DNA from: Gemmatimonadota bacterium
GTDB taxonomy: Bacteria > Gemmatimonadota > Gemmatimonadetes > Longimicrobiales > Gaopeijiaceae
DNA length: 64,000 bases
Assembly (NCBI GenBank): GCA_039589315.1
Contig: JBDHHQ010000012.1
Coordinates: 32,001-96,000, forward strand
Reading direction: 5' to 3'
Shown: piece after piece, positions 48,530 to 58,740 of the stretch
Layout: each line of letters opens with the position of its first letter
Numbering within the stretch: position 1 is the first letter of the stretch
Program-made: the position numbers and the translations under genes
Notes under the pieces: generated by a model
Databases searched by the model: none
Told to the model about the DNA's origin: nothing
Seen by the model: the letters and a program-made list of their open reading frames with translations, nothing else

Positions 48530-49462
48530 ATGACAGCCTCTTCGAAACCTGATCCCTCGAGAGCTCGCTTCCCGGGCGATCCTGCCCCCACGTCCCGGAC
48601 CGTAGGCCGGGCCGGGGAAGGCGGCGTGGGCGACGCAGTGGAGAAGCTCCTGGACGAGGTGATTCGTCCGGAGGCGCGCCTCGATCCGCTCCTGGGCTCC
48701 GACAGCTTGTGGGGCAAGGTCGCGATCGTGACGGGAGCCTCCTCGGGGATCGGTCGCGCCGTGGCGCTGGAGTTGGCCGCCAGCGGTGTGGATATCGCCT
48801 TCTGCTACCTGGACCGGCCCGGCTATCCCGACCGGGCGGATGCCGAGGCGGTGGCTGACCAACTCCGCCAAATGGAGGTGCGCTGCTACTGTCGGCCGTG
48901 CGACGTCCGGGATCCCGTCGAGATCGAAGACTTCGTGGGTGAGGCCTACGAGGAGCTGGGCGGGATCCACATTCTGGTGAACAACGCCGGGATCCATGAG
49001 GACGCGGCGCTGTGGCGCATGAGCGACGACCAGTGGACGACCGTGCTGGACACGAACCTGAACGGTGCCTTCTACTTCCTCCGCTGTGTTGCTCCCTTCC
49101 TACGGGAACAGGAGTACGGGAAGGTCGTCAACATCGCTTCTGTGCACGGTCTCCGGAGCGAATTCGGCCTGGCCAACTACTGCACGTCCAAGGCCGGCCT
49201 GATCGGGCTGACCCGCAGCGCAGCCGTGGAATTGGGACCGAAGAACGTCAACGTGAACGCCGTCGCGCCCGGCTACATCCGCACCACTCGCCTGACCGAA
49301 GGCGTCACGCCCGAGGTGCTGGACCGGGCCCGGGAGCAGAGCGTGCTCGGACGCCTGGGGGACCCTCGTGACGTGGCTCACGTCGTCCTGTTCCTGTGCT
49401 CCGAGGCCGCGCGCCACATCACGGGAGCGGTGATCCCCGTGGACGGCGGCCACCTGCTCTAG
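48530..49462 (+). CDS. SDR oxidoreductase, FabG-like
   Basis: TGASSGIG, NNAGI, NYCTSK, NAVAPGYI, VDGG. Confidence 0.93.
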   Translation: MTASSKPDPSRARFPGDPAPTSRTVGRAGEGGVGDAVEKLLDEVIRPEARLDPLLGSDSLWGKVAIVTGASSGIGRAVALELAASGVDIAFCYLDRPGYPDRADAEAVADQLRQMEVRCYCRPCDVRDPVEIEDFVGEAYEELGGIHILVNNAGIHEDAALWRMSDDQWTTVLDTNLNGAFYFLRCVAPFLREQEYGKVVNIASVHGLRSEFGLANYCTSKAGLIGLTRSAAVELGPKNVNVNAVAPGYIRTTRLTEGVTPEVLDRAREQSVLGRLGDPRDVAHVVLFLCSEAARHITGAVIPVDGGHLL

Positions 49463-50403
49463 ACGCCCGCCTCCTGGCCCACCGGCGTCAGCCATCCGTG
49501 GGTGTCCGGGACACGACCGCGGACCGCGTCCATGAATTTGCGTTGCAGCATCTTGGTTACGGGTCCGGCGACGCCTTCACCGATGGTGATCCGGTCGACG
49601 CTGCGGATGGGCGTGACCTCAGACGCCGTACCGGTGAAGAACAGCTCGTCCGCCGTGTATACGTCCTCCCTGGGCACGTCCCCCTCGATCACGTCGAGCC
49701 CGGACTCGCGAGCCAACACGATCAAGGTGTCCCGAGTGACGCCCCTGAGCGAGGTACCGTCGAGCTTCGGCGTCACCACCCGATCGCCGCGCACGAGGAA
49801 CAGGTTCTGCCCGCTGCCCTCGCTGACCAGGCCTCCCGGACCGAGCACGATGGCCTCGATGTACCCATTGGCCACCGCGTCCATCTTGATGAGCTGCGCG
49901 TTGCAGTAGTGTCCGGCCGCCTTGGCCTGCACGGGGAAGGTGTTGGGGTAGGGGCGTTGCCACGACGACACGCACACGTCCACGCCCATCTCCAGGGCAC
50001 CCTCGCCCAGGTAGGCGCCCCACGGCCACGTCGCGATGTAGGTCTCCAGCGGGCTGCCCACCGGGTTCATTCCCGCTGCCCCGTACCCCCAGAGGACCAT
50101 GGGGCGAATGTAGCAGTCTTCCAGGCCGTTCTCGCGGATCGTCAGCTTGCACGCCTCGGTGAGCTCGTCGACGCCGTAGTCGAGGGGCATCCGGTAGATG
50201 GTGCACGAGTGGACGAGCCGCCGAAGGTGGTCGTCGAGCCGAAAGATGGCCGGCCCCGAGGTCGTCTGATAGCAACGGATTCCCTCGAACATGGAGGAGC
50301 CGAACTGCACGGCCAAGCTGAGGAGATGGACCTGTGCCTCGGCCCAGGGAATCAGCGAGCCGTCCTTCCAGATCCAGCCGGCTTCGGTCAGGTGGGTCGA
50401 CAT
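49459..50403 (-). CDS. ilvE: Branched-chain amino acid aminotransferase
   Basis: FEGIRCY, YIRP, WPWGAYLG, AKAAGHY, SEGSGQNLF, GTASEVTP. Confidence 0.96.
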   Translation of the reverse strand: MSTHLTEAGWIWKDGSLIPWAEAQVHLLSLAVQFGSSMFEGIRCYQTTSGPAIFRLDDHLRRLVHSCTIYRMPLDYGVDELTEACKLTIRENGLEDCYIRPMVLWGYGAAGMNPVGSPLETYIATWPWGAYLGEGALEMGVDVCVSSWQRPYPNTFPVQAKAAGHYCNAQLIKMDAVANGYIEAIVLGPGGLVSEGSGQNLFLVRGDRVVTPKLDGTSLRGVTRDTLIVLARESGLDVIEGDVPREDVYTADELFFTGTASEVTPIRSVDRITIGEGVAGPVTKMLQRKFMDAVRGRVPDTHGWLTPVGQEAGV

Positions 50404-50520
50404 GTCGCGGTTCCTCTCCTCGGTGGTCGTATCGTCATGGCGCCTTTGGCGGCTTCGTTGCTCCGATTGCCGGCCTCGGGGCGGCCGTCTCCCCCCCTCG
50501 GGCCGGGATCGTCCGTTCCC

Positions 50521-51312
50521 TCATAGCAGCGACTTCACTGCGCCGCCGTCCACCTGGATCGACACGCCGGTGACGTAGCTGGCCCGCTCGGAGCACAGGA
50601 AAGCCACCACGGCTGCGAACTCCCGAGGCTCCCCGATCCGCGCCATGGGCGTGGACGCCTCCCAGGTGGCGAAGGCGTCTTCCACCCTGATGCCCTTCGT
50701 CTCCGAGATGTGCGCTGCCAACTCGCCCAGCCGTTCGGTGCGGGTGTAGCCCGGCATCACGTTGTTCACCGTGACGCCGAAGGACGCCACCTCGTTGGCC
50801 AGCGTCTTCGCGAATCCCGTCACCGCCGCTCGGACGCTGTTGGACAGGATCAGCCCGTCCACCGGCTGCTTCACCGCAATGGAGGTGACGTTCACGATCC
50901 GGCCCCAGCGCCGCTCCTTCATGCCGGGGAGCACGGCCCGGGTGAGGTTGAGCACGCTGTCCAGGTTCTGGTTGACCGCGCGGGTCCAGTCTCCGGGGCC
51001 GTGGGCTTCGAAGGGGCCCGCCGGGGGGCCTCCGGTGTTGGTCACCAGGACGTCGACCTGGCCGAAGCGATCCACCGCGGCGCGCACCACCGCGGCCACA
51101 CTCGCGGGATCGGTCAGGTCGGCCGGGACGGCGACGACCTCCGCGCCGGTGCGCTCTCGAATGGTGTCCGCGGCGGCTTCGATGGCGTCCACCGATCGGG
51201 AGCACATGACGAGTCTGCAGCCCTCACCGGCCAGCTCCTCGGCCACGGCGCGGCCGAGCCCCCGGCTGGAGGCCGCCACCAATGCCGTCTTCCCCGTCAG
51301 TCCGAAGTCCAT
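50521..51312 (-). CDS. SDR family oxidoreductase
   Basis: AASSRGLG, NTGGPP, LSNSVRAA, VDGG. Confidence 0.93.
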   Translation of the reverse strand: MDFGLTGKTALVAASSRGLGRAVAEELAGEGCRLVMCSRSVDAIEAAADTIRERTGAEVVAVPADLTDPASVAAVVRAAVDRFGQVDVLVTNTGGPPAGPFEAHGPGDWTRAVNQNLDSVLNLTRAVLPGMKERRWGRIVNVTSIAVKQPVDGLILSNSVRAAVTGFAKTLANEVASFGVTVNNVMPGYTRTERLGELAAHISETKGIRVEDAFATWEASTPMARIGEPREFAAVVAFLCSERASYVTGVSIQVDGGAVKSLL

Positions 51313-51408
51313 GGCTATCCGCTCGTCATGCCGCGATCCGGCGCGCCTCCATCGGGTCGCGCGGCCCAGCCGGTCGAGCCCTGAGAGGGGCTCGGCTCGT
51401 CTGGGCTG

Positions 51409-51774
51409 CTACTTCCGCAAGTAGTCGTCGGTGCCTGTCAGCCAATCCTCCCGCGGTGGGCTGAAGACGTCGACGTCCAGGGTGTCCTCGAGGGCGAGCG
51501 CCTTGTGGGGCACGTTCGAGGGCAGGTGGAGGACCTCTCCTGGCCCCACGTCGATGGGTACCGCGTCCTCGCTGCCGATCCAGAAGCGCAGCGTACCCTC
51601 GAGCACGTACGTGAGCTGCTCGTTCTCGTGATGGTGCATGGGCACGATGCACCCCTTCTCCAGGTACACGTGAGCCAGCATCATCCGGTCGCCGGTGATC
51701 AACCGTCGCTCCAGCAGGTCGGTGACCCGCTCCTTCGGCATGTCGTCCCAGCGGAAATGTCGTACATCGCTCAT
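51409..51774 (-). CDS. Cupin domain protein
   Basis: VPMHHHENEQLTYVLEG...PSNVPH...DVFSPPREDW. Confidence 0.92.
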   Translation of the reverse strand: MSDVRHFRWDDMPKERVTDLLERRLITGDRMMLAHVYLEKGCIVPMHHHENEQLTYVLEGTLRFWIGSEDAVPIDVGPGEVLHLPSNVPHKALALEDTLDVDVFSPPREDWLTGTDDYLRK

Positions 51775-51960
51775 GTCATCAATCCTGTCGTCGGGTGTGG
51801 GGTGGGCAATGTAGTGGAGTCCGGCGGAATCGCGGAAGCGCCCTCGTCTGGGTCGGCCCAACGGGACGAGCGCCAGCCCTGGCCAAGCAGTTGGATGGGG
51901 CGGCGGCTGGAACCGGATTCGTCGCCGGCCCGCCTGGCCCGGGCCACCTCGAAGTGGCGC

Positions 51961-51984
51961 GCCTTCCGACTTCGGTCGGAAGGC
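51961..51984. other. Perfect hairpin GCCTTCCGAC-TTCG-GTCGGAAGGC
   Basis: 10-bp stem with a UUCG loop in a divergent intergenic region. Confidence 0.5.
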
Positions 51985-52208
51985 CCGTGGCGGTGCCCTC
52001 GACTCGTGCTGGCCCACCCTCACCGCAGGACGAAGATCTGAGACGTCAGGCGAGGACGGTCGGCCCGGGTAGCTTGCAGCCCGGGTCTGTTCTTCGTAGA
52101 ACGGGTAGCCAACGCGGAGGGGCGACGGGGTGTTCGAGGCCCAGACCCAGAAGCGCGACAGGGCCAGGCGAACGTGCATGAGACCCTCCACGGGCTGAGG
52201 CTGAGACG

Positions 52209-52856
52209 ATGTTCAACACCTGCCACGGGCACCGGGCGTGCGGGTTCGTCCCCGGTCGCCAACCACCGCCGATTCGAGGTCCCCTGAACCGCCCGATCCG
52301 ATCCGGTCGTGCGCCCACACGACCTGGTACGCTCGTCCTCCTCGCCGCCGTGCTCTCATTCGGGCCCGTCTCTGCGCAGGAGGTCCACACTGGGGGTGAA
52401 GGCGAGGCCAGGCACGCCTTCGCCAACGAGCTCGCCCTGTTCTTGGGAAACACCAACCTCGATGGGGAGGACGGGTTCACCATCGGCCTGGACTACGCGC
52501 GGACCCTCTCGGAGAGGGTCGCTCTGGGCGTATTCCTCGATTGGGCGATCGGCGACAACGGACGCGCGTTCGTGGTCGGCGTGCCGCTGAGCTTCTCTCC
52601 CGGGATCGGCGAGCTCGCGCTGACGGTCGGAGCCGGACTCGAACGGGAGACCCCCAGGTCCGACGCTGTCGAGCCTCTCGACTCAGCTGAAACCGCCCAC
52701 GAAGCAGAGACTCTGTTCATGGGCCGACTCGGCGCCCAGTACCCGGTAGTCTTCGGTCCCGAGGGGAGGTTCTTCCTTGCCCCGCAGGCAAACCTGGACG
52801 TGACACACAAGCATACGGCCACCGTCCTGGGGGCCACTATCGGAGTGGAGTTCTAG
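52209..52856 (+). CDS. Putative small outer-membrane beta-barrel protein
   Basis: Signal peptide (VSA-Q), amphipathic strands, C-terminal Phe (IGVEF); true start may be downstream. Confidence 0.65.
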   Translation: MFNTCHGHRACGFVPGRQPPPIRGPLNRPIRSGRAPTRPGTLVLLAAVLSFGPVSAQEVHTGGEGEARHAFANELALFLGNTNLDGEDGFTIGLDYARTLSERVALGVFLDWAIGDNGRAFVVGVPLSFSPGIGELALTVGAGLERETPRSDAVEPLDSAETAHEAETLFMGRLGAQYPVVFGPEGRFFLAPQANLDVTHKHTATVLGATIGVEF

Positions 52857-52989
52857 CGGCGAGTCGATCGGATGCTCGAGCCTACTTCTGTAACCACCTC
52901 CCGAATGACGGAGGCCTCATGAGACGCACCACCTTCCTCGTCCTTTTGGCTTTGAGCTACGGGCGGAGGTCGACCAGCTGACCCTCGAA

Positions 52990-54564
52990 GTGGAGAGCCA
53001 GTGGCTGGACATCCTCGATCTTTTTCAGCGGTTTCAGGATGCCGAGGGAGAAGAGCGCCTCATCCTCGATGCCCAGATCGATCGGCGTACGGCGACCTGG
53101 CGCCCGCTGCTCGCCGACTTGATCCAGGAGATCCTGGTCCTGGAGCAGGCGGGCGGCCAGGCCGTCGAGGCGCGGACGAAGGCAACCGAGTGGCTTTCGG
53201 AAGCTCGGAGGCTGGTTCGGGGGGAATACCGCTCAGTCCAGGATCGGCTGACCGAGCTGCGGAGGCAGCGGGGCTCATTGTCGCGGGGAGAGATGTTGCC
53301 GCTGGAACGCCAGATCGGAGAGGCGGGAAACGAGGCGGACGCGATTCTCCTGGCACTCTACCGGGTCGGGTCCTTCCACGCCGCGTTCGGGCTGGATCCG
53401 GCGGCCGACTGGGCCTACCTGGATCCTCTGCTCGTGGCCCGGGCCGATCGGTTGGTGGGGGAGATCGAGTTGAGCCAGAGGGCGACCGATGAGCTTGCCG
53501 ACCGGCTCGAGCGGGCAGATGGCGACGAGGCACGTATCGTCCGCGCCGAGCTCACTACGGTCCAGGAGCGACTTCGATCAGGCACGACGGGCCTCGGGGC
53601 GGTCGTGGACCTCATGGACGAGCGTGAGCTGGAGGCAGCCGAGTACAAGCAGGTCATGATCCGGGCCACGGGTCGTGTGACCACCGACGTGCTCGACGTG
53701 AACGTGATGCGAGGCCTGCTCCGTCAGGGCTGGGAGTCAACGGTGTCCTGGGTCCTGTCCAGGGTACCTCAGCTATTCATCAACCTGGTGTTGTTCCTGC
53801 TGATCCTGGGGGTGTTTCGAATCCTGGCGCGTATGACGGGACGGCTCGTGTCCGTCGGCATCGGCCGTACCAACCCGGACGTCCCGGTGCTGTTGAAGAG
53901 CATGGGGGTGTCCATCGTGGCCAACGCCGTGTTCCTGGTCGGGATCCTCATCGGGCTTTCCCAGCTCGGCATTCACGTAGGTCCTCTCCTGGCCGGGCTC
54001 GGGGTGGCGGGGTTCATCATGGGCTTCGCTCTACAGGACACCCTGTCCAACTTCGCTTCAGGCATGATGATCCTGGTCTATCGCCCTTTCGACGTGGGGG
54101 ACGTCGTGGAGGCCGGCGGCGTCGGCGGGAAGGTGTCCGCGATGAGCCTGGTGTCCACTACGATCCTGACCTTCGATAACCAGAAGCTCATCGTTCCCAA
54201 CCGGGAGATCTGGGGCAACGTGATCCGGAACAAGACGGCCGAGCCGACCCGGCGCGTAGACCTCACCGTGGCCATCGGGGCCCGCGAGGACGCCGCGCGG
54301 GCCGAGGCGGTCCTGGGGGAGATCCTGTCCGCGCACCCCCTCGTGCTGGAGGATCCAGCACCCACCGTGAAAGTCCACGGGATCGGAGATTCCTCCATCG
54401 AGTTCATCGTGCGACCGTGGGTGAAGACACCGGACTACTGGACCGTCTACTGGGACGTGACCCGGCAGATGAACGACCGCTTCGAGGAGGCGCTAATCTC
54501 CAGGCCGTTCAGTCGAAGCGAGCTCCGGATCGCGGGCGGGGAGCTTCCTTCAGGGCCGCGATGA
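52990..54564 (+). CDS. MscS-family mechanosensitive channel with helical N-terminal region (5' end disrupted)
   Basis: GFALQDTLSNFASG, RPFDVGDVV, IVPN, RRVDL, VRPWVK; signal-peptide start at 52919 is out of frame. Confidence 0.88.
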   Translation: MESQWLDILDLFQRFQDAEGEERLILDAQIDRRTATWRPLLADLIQEILVLEQAGGQAVEARTKATEWLSEARRLVRGEYRSVQDRLTELRRQRGSLSRGEMLPLERQIGEAGNEADAILLALYRVGSFHAAFGLDPAADWAYLDPLLVARADRLVGEIELSQRATDELADRLERADGDEARIVRAELTTVQERLRSGTTGLGAVVDLMDERELEAAEYKQVMIRATGRVTTDVLDVNVMRGLLRQGWESTVSWVLSRVPQLFINLVLFLLILGVFRILARMTGRLVSVGIGRTNPDVPVLLKSMGVSIVANAVFLVGILIGLSQLGIHVGPLLAGLGVAGFIMGFALQDTLSNFASGMMILVYRPFDVGDVVEAGGVGGKVSAMSLVSTTILTFDNQKLIVPNREIWGNVIRNKTAEPTRRVDLTVAIGAREDAARAEAVLGEILSAHPLVLEDPAPTVKVHGIGDSSIEFIVRPWVKTPDYWTVYWDVTRQMNDRFEEALISRPFSRSELRIAGGELPSGPR

Positions 54565-54777
54565 CAACGGAGGAGTGCCAACCCGTGGGCTTGGCCGGAT
54601 GCCTGAGCTCGGACTCCGCGTTGCGCTTGTATCCGCTCGACAGTCACATTGTGCACCGCCTCCGGCCCCGCCTTCGGAAGCGCATCCGACGAAATCGAGG
54701 AGTTGAGGAGGAGCGGCATCGGACGCGCCGCCCCTGCTCCTGACCGACAACCGCGTTGCTTTCGGTGGGGAACAACG

Positions 54778-57276
54778 ATGAACCGACTTGTCCGGAGCGT
54801 CTTGGTGGGTCTAACGGTGGTCACGCTGCTTGCGGTCCTGCAGCCCACCACGGCCCAAGCCCAGGACATGCCCAAAGAGGACTACTACAGCTACGTGCCG
54901 CTGAGCTACACGCGGCCCGTACGCCAAGCGGCGGGCTCGGCGGCGCTGAACGTCTACGGTGACGAGAACGATCCGTCGTACCGGGACGTGGATCCGTTGG
55001 ACGGCATCGATGACCGCCGGCATGCGGTCATGAAGCGCTTGGGGGTGAAGTTCGCGCCCTACCTCGTGCTGAACACTACCGCAGTCCCCATGGACTGGAA
55101 GAAGTTCATGGACGGCCGCAACTCCTGGCCGCTGTTCATCGACACGTGGAACCAGGCGGTTGAAGGGGGCGAGCTGATCCGGGAAGAGCAGATCGACTGG
55201 CTCGCGCTGGAGGGCGACCCTTGTCCTGATCCTCCCAATGCCGCTTTGCGGACGGAAAACGACGACTGCCGCCTGATCTCCCTGCTCCGGGAGTTCGATC
55301 CGGAGAATCCACAGTCCGAATGGTATCAGACCGCGGCCATCGACCCACAGATGGATCCGTTCAAGGTCCTCTACTGGAACTTCCCGGCCCACGGCGAGGT
55401 CAGCTGGAGGGCCGAATACGAGGATCCGGTATCCGGTGAGCTGCCCCAGAAGTACTGGAGCTTCCCCAAGACCTACCTTCATCCGTTCGTCGAGGAGGTC
55501 CGGTCGAACACGGGCGGCCTCCTGGGCTACGAGCTCGTACTGCAGTACTGGTTCTTCTACTCCTGGAACGACGGAGGCAACAACCACGAGGGGGACTGGG
55601 AGCACGTCAACCTCATCGTCTCGCCCAAAGGCGCGGTGGATCGGCCCCAGACTGCTGAAGAGATCCTCTTCATGCTGAATGGGGGCGGTGAGAACCCCTC
55701 GTCCGGGGATGACTACGTCGTCATCAAGCGGGCGGACTACTACCTGCACGAAAAGGTCTGGACCCTCGACTACGCGAGTCCCAACGTCTATCTGCCGCGG
55801 GACCAGTGGGAGGCAGAGTTCCAGGCCCTCCCCCAGGAGCGCATCGACCAGCACAAGGTGTGGCAGGAGATACGCCAGCGTGCCTACGAGGATCGAGCCG
55901 AGACGGTCATCAACACCCACATGGTGGGCTTCATCGGAGCCGACAACAAAGGTACCGACCAGATTCTCGCCGCACCCGGCGGCAAGAACCGGGACTCCCA
56001 CGGCACCTATCCGTTCCGCGGACTCTACAAGAACGTGGGTCCTGGCGGCGCGTCCGAGCAGATCACCGCCACGTTCGACTACCTGGACTATTTTACCGGC
56101 TCTCGTCCCGGACTGGAGGACGGACGGTTGGGGCGCAACAGCGTGCTCCGACTCGACCGAGACGACCGCATCGAGATCGTTCCCGATTGGGAGCGGGTGC
56201 ACGACATGATGTATACCGACCCTGAGGTCCGCCGCGAGTGGAGCTGGCTGGTGCTCCCGATCCGCTGGGGATACCCCGCGGCGGAGTCACCCTTTGCCGG
56301 GATCATCTCCCACGCCAGCACGGGCAACCTGGCTCCCCAGACCGGTAGCCAGAACAAGGGGTGGAACCGGGCGGGGGCCGGCAGTGGCTTCCATGACTAC
56401 GATCCGCATCGCTATTCGGGGTTCTTCGCCCTGGGCTGGCAGGACCGCTTCCAGAACACCTGGGGGTGGCTGAACGCGACGATTCCCACCATCAGCCTGC
56501 TTCCGCCGCTCGACGTGGTCCTTCTGCTGGTGGGCACGCCCATCGCCCTGCTTACGGAGCAGTCCTCCACCTACCTCGCAGCCGACCAGGTACCCTTCCG
56601 CTTTCTGGGCTTGGAAGGGGGCGCGGTCGGGATGGTGTTTCCCGAGGCGTTCACGGGGATGCTGCTGAACGACGCTCAGATCGAGGATATCCTGACGGCG
56701 TTGGGATACGGCTTCGAGGACGACGTGGTCGTGGTCGGTTCGGACATCAAGGAATCCACGTCGCCCTACATCAGGGTCGCGGTTCCCCTGGGTCGAAAGT
56801 TCGTGAGTGAGAACGCGTACTGGTCGCACCGAGCCGGCATGACGGTCGAGGTTCTCGATGCCGCAGGCCAACGAGACGAGGTCACCAGCGAGATCAAGCT
56901 CTGGGAGTACAGCGGCAGCCTGCGCTTCAACGTCGCGAGTGGGGGCTTCCAGCCCTACGCCAAGGTCGGTTATGGGTGGTCGTGGTACCGATTGGAGAAT
57001 ACCGCCGTGCGTGGGGTGCCGGTTCCGGAGCCGACTTCAGGGACGATCGACAACTTCACCTGGCATTACGGCCTGGGTCTGGAGTGGTTCCTCCTTTCCG
57101 GTTTCGCCCCGCCGCCGAAGGGAATCGACGTGGGGCTCCGGGTCGAGCTCGCCCGTTACAACCATTCCTTGGGCCTCGACCAGATCACGGACCCCCGGGT
57201 GCTGGCGCTCGGACAGGGCCCCGCGACGAGCGCCACCCGGGACGTGGTGCAGATCGCCATCAGCCTGGGCTTCTGA
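54778..57276 (+). CDS. Exported protein: Vps62/NPP1-like domain plus C-terminal OM beta-barrel
   Basis: Signal peptide; KFAPYLVL, QYWFFYSWND..NHEGDWEH, SHGTY, WSWL...RWG; C-terminal FQPYAKVGYG...ISLGF. Confidence 0.75.
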   Translation: MNRLVRSVLVGLTVVTLLAVLQPTTAQAQDMPKEDYYSYVPLSYTRPVRQAAGSAALNVYGDENDPSYRDVDPLDGIDDRRHAVMKRLGVKFAPYLVLNTTAVPMDWKKFMDGRNSWPLFIDTWNQAVEGGELIREEQIDWLALEGDPCPDPPNAALRTENDDCRLISLLREFDPENPQSEWYQTAAIDPQMDPFKVLYWNFPAHGEVSWRAEYEDPVSGELPQKYWSFPKTYLHPFVEEVRSNTGGLLGYELVLQYWFFYSWNDGGNNHEGDWEHVNLIVSPKGAVDRPQTAEEILFMLNGGGENPSSGDDYVVIKRADYYLHEKVWTLDYASPNVYLPRDQWEAEFQALPQERIDQHKVWQEIRQRAYEDRAETVINTHMVGFIGADNKGTDQILAAPGGKNRDSHGTYPFRGLYKNVGPGGASEQITATFDYLDYFTGSRPGLEDGRLGRNSVLRLDRDDRIEIVPDWERVHDMMYTDPEVRREWSWLVLPIRWGYPAAESPFAGIISHASTGNLAPQTGSQNKGWNRAGAGSGFHDYDPHRYSGFFALGWQDRFQNTWGWLNATIPTISLLPPLDVVLLLVGTPIALLTEQSSTYLAADQVPFRFLGLEGGAVGMVFPEAFTGMLLNDAQIEDILTALGYGFEDDVVVVGSDIKESTSPYIRVAVPLGRKFVSENAYWSHRAGMTVEVLDAAGQRDEVTSEIKLWEYSGSLRFNVASGGFQPYAKVGYGWSWYRLENTAVRGVPVPEPTSGTIDNFTWHYGLGLEWFLLSGFAPPPKGIDVGLRVELARYNHSLGLDQITDPRVLALGQGPATSATRDVVQIAISLGF

Positions 57277-57465
57277 GGGGTCAGCCACTCCCCGGACCCT
57301 GTCCGGCTCGCCGGACCAGCCCTGGCCGGCGCGGCCTGCTCTGCCGTCCACTGCCGGCTCGCGCGGAGCTGTTCGCGGGACCCCCGGTGGGGCGACTCGT
57401 GTAGGTAGGCCCGACCCCCGCCACTTCGGTCGCAGCGGCTGGCCTCGTGGGGGGTCCGACACACG

Positions 57466-58635
57466 ATGCCGGATCACACCCGAAGGAGTGACTTCTTGCG
57501 GCCAGGTTGGACCAAGGCTCTCGCCGCGTGCGCTTTCCTGTGCGGCCTGTTGGCGGGCTGCGCCCACCGTCGGGCTCCTGACGGGGTGACGGCCGCGCCC
57601 CCCTGCTTCGAAGGAGGGTCTCCAGCGCCGCAGGACCAGGAGATCCGATGGATTCGCCCCGACAACGCCGATGAGCTGGCCAAGCTCGACGCGTGGTGCT
57701 GGGCCGTGGGCCCGGCCTATCAGGCCCGAGGAGACCAGGTCGCGACGGCCTCGGGAGTCGACTCGATCGCGGTCGTGGCGTGGAACATCCACGTTGGTGG
57801 CGGTGACGCCAGGCGGCTCATCGCGGACCTGCGAGAGGGACGGCTGACGGGTGGTGAGCCGCCCGAGCACTTCGTGATCCTCCTCCAGGAGGCGCACCGC
57901 GCCGGCGCTTCGGTCCCGGGGAACATCCCCAGCTGGGCGGCTGCCGCCGGGGCGATCCGCAAGGCTCCCCCGACCGGAGGGCGCGCGGACGTGACCGCCG
58001 TCGCGTTCGTCGAGGGCCTGCACCTGTTCTACGTGCCGTCGATGCGAAACGGCGGGCCGGGGCAGGGAGCGCCGGAAGACCGGGGCAACGCGATCCTCTC
58101 GACGCTGCCGCTCACGGCACTGACGGCAATCGAGCTCCCATACGAACGGCAGCGGCGCGTCGCGGTGTTCGCGAACGTCGAGGGGCGCTCCAGCGCGGGC
58201 CAGCCGTGGCAGCTGCGGGTCGTGAGCGCGCACCTCGACAACCGTGCGGCGTTCTCACGCATTCACCGGAGCTTCGGCGCCGCCCAATCGAACCAGGCGC
58301 GAGGGCTGCTCAGGGCCTTGGAGAGTGAGACGCCGACCGTGCTCGGCGGTGACCTCAACACGTGGTATCGAGAGAGAGGCGCAGGAGCCGTGCGGCTCCT
58401 CCAGGCCCGCTTCGCCAGCGTGGAGGACCATCCGCGGGGCGGTACCGCGGACCTGCCGCTGTTCCTGCCCGACCTGAAGCTGGACCACCTGTTCTTCGGA
58501 TTGCCCGACAGTTGGGACGCCCGCTACAAGGTCATCGACGACCGATACGGCTCGGACCACAAGCCCCTTGTGGGGTGGGTGACCATGTCCGGGGCGGACG
58601 CGCGAACGCGCATCGTGGATCGGGACGGACTCTAG
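57466..58635 (+). CDS. Endonuclease/exonuclease/phosphatase (EEP) family lipoprotein
   Basis: Lipobox LAGC; WNIH, LLQE, GNAILS, SAHL, GGDLN, LDHLF, GSDH. Confidence 0.92.
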   Translation: MPDHTRRSDFLRPGWTKALAACAFLCGLLAGCAHRRAPDGVTAAPPCFEGGSPAPQDQEIRWIRPDNADELAKLDAWCWAVGPAYQARGDQVATASGVDSIAVVAWNIHVGGGDARRLIADLREGRLTGGEPPEHFVILLQEAHRAGASVPGNIPSWAAAAGAIRKAPPTGGRADVTAVAFVEGLHLFYVPSMRNGGPGQGAPEDRGNAILSTLPLTALTAIELPYERQRRVAVFANVEGRSSAGQPWQLRVVSAHLDNRAAFSRIHRSFGAAQSNQARGLLRALESETPTVLGGDLNTWYRERGAGAVRLLQARFASVEDHPRGGTADLPLFLPDLKLDHLFFGLPDSWDARYKVIDDRYGSDHKPLVGWVTMSGADARTRIVDRDGL

Positions 58636-58740
58636 CTCCGGGGAGGGGAGGAGCCCCGAGCACTCCGGTGGTCGCGTCTCGTCGCCTCGGCGACCCTCCA
58701 CGGAGGACGCCTCCGAACCGGCCCGTGGACGCGGCGAGCT

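Noticed and set aside
51775..52191. N-terminal extension of the cupin ORF
   Set aside because: Cupin homology starts at ATG 51774; the upstream part is R/P-rich and spans an intergenic hairpin.
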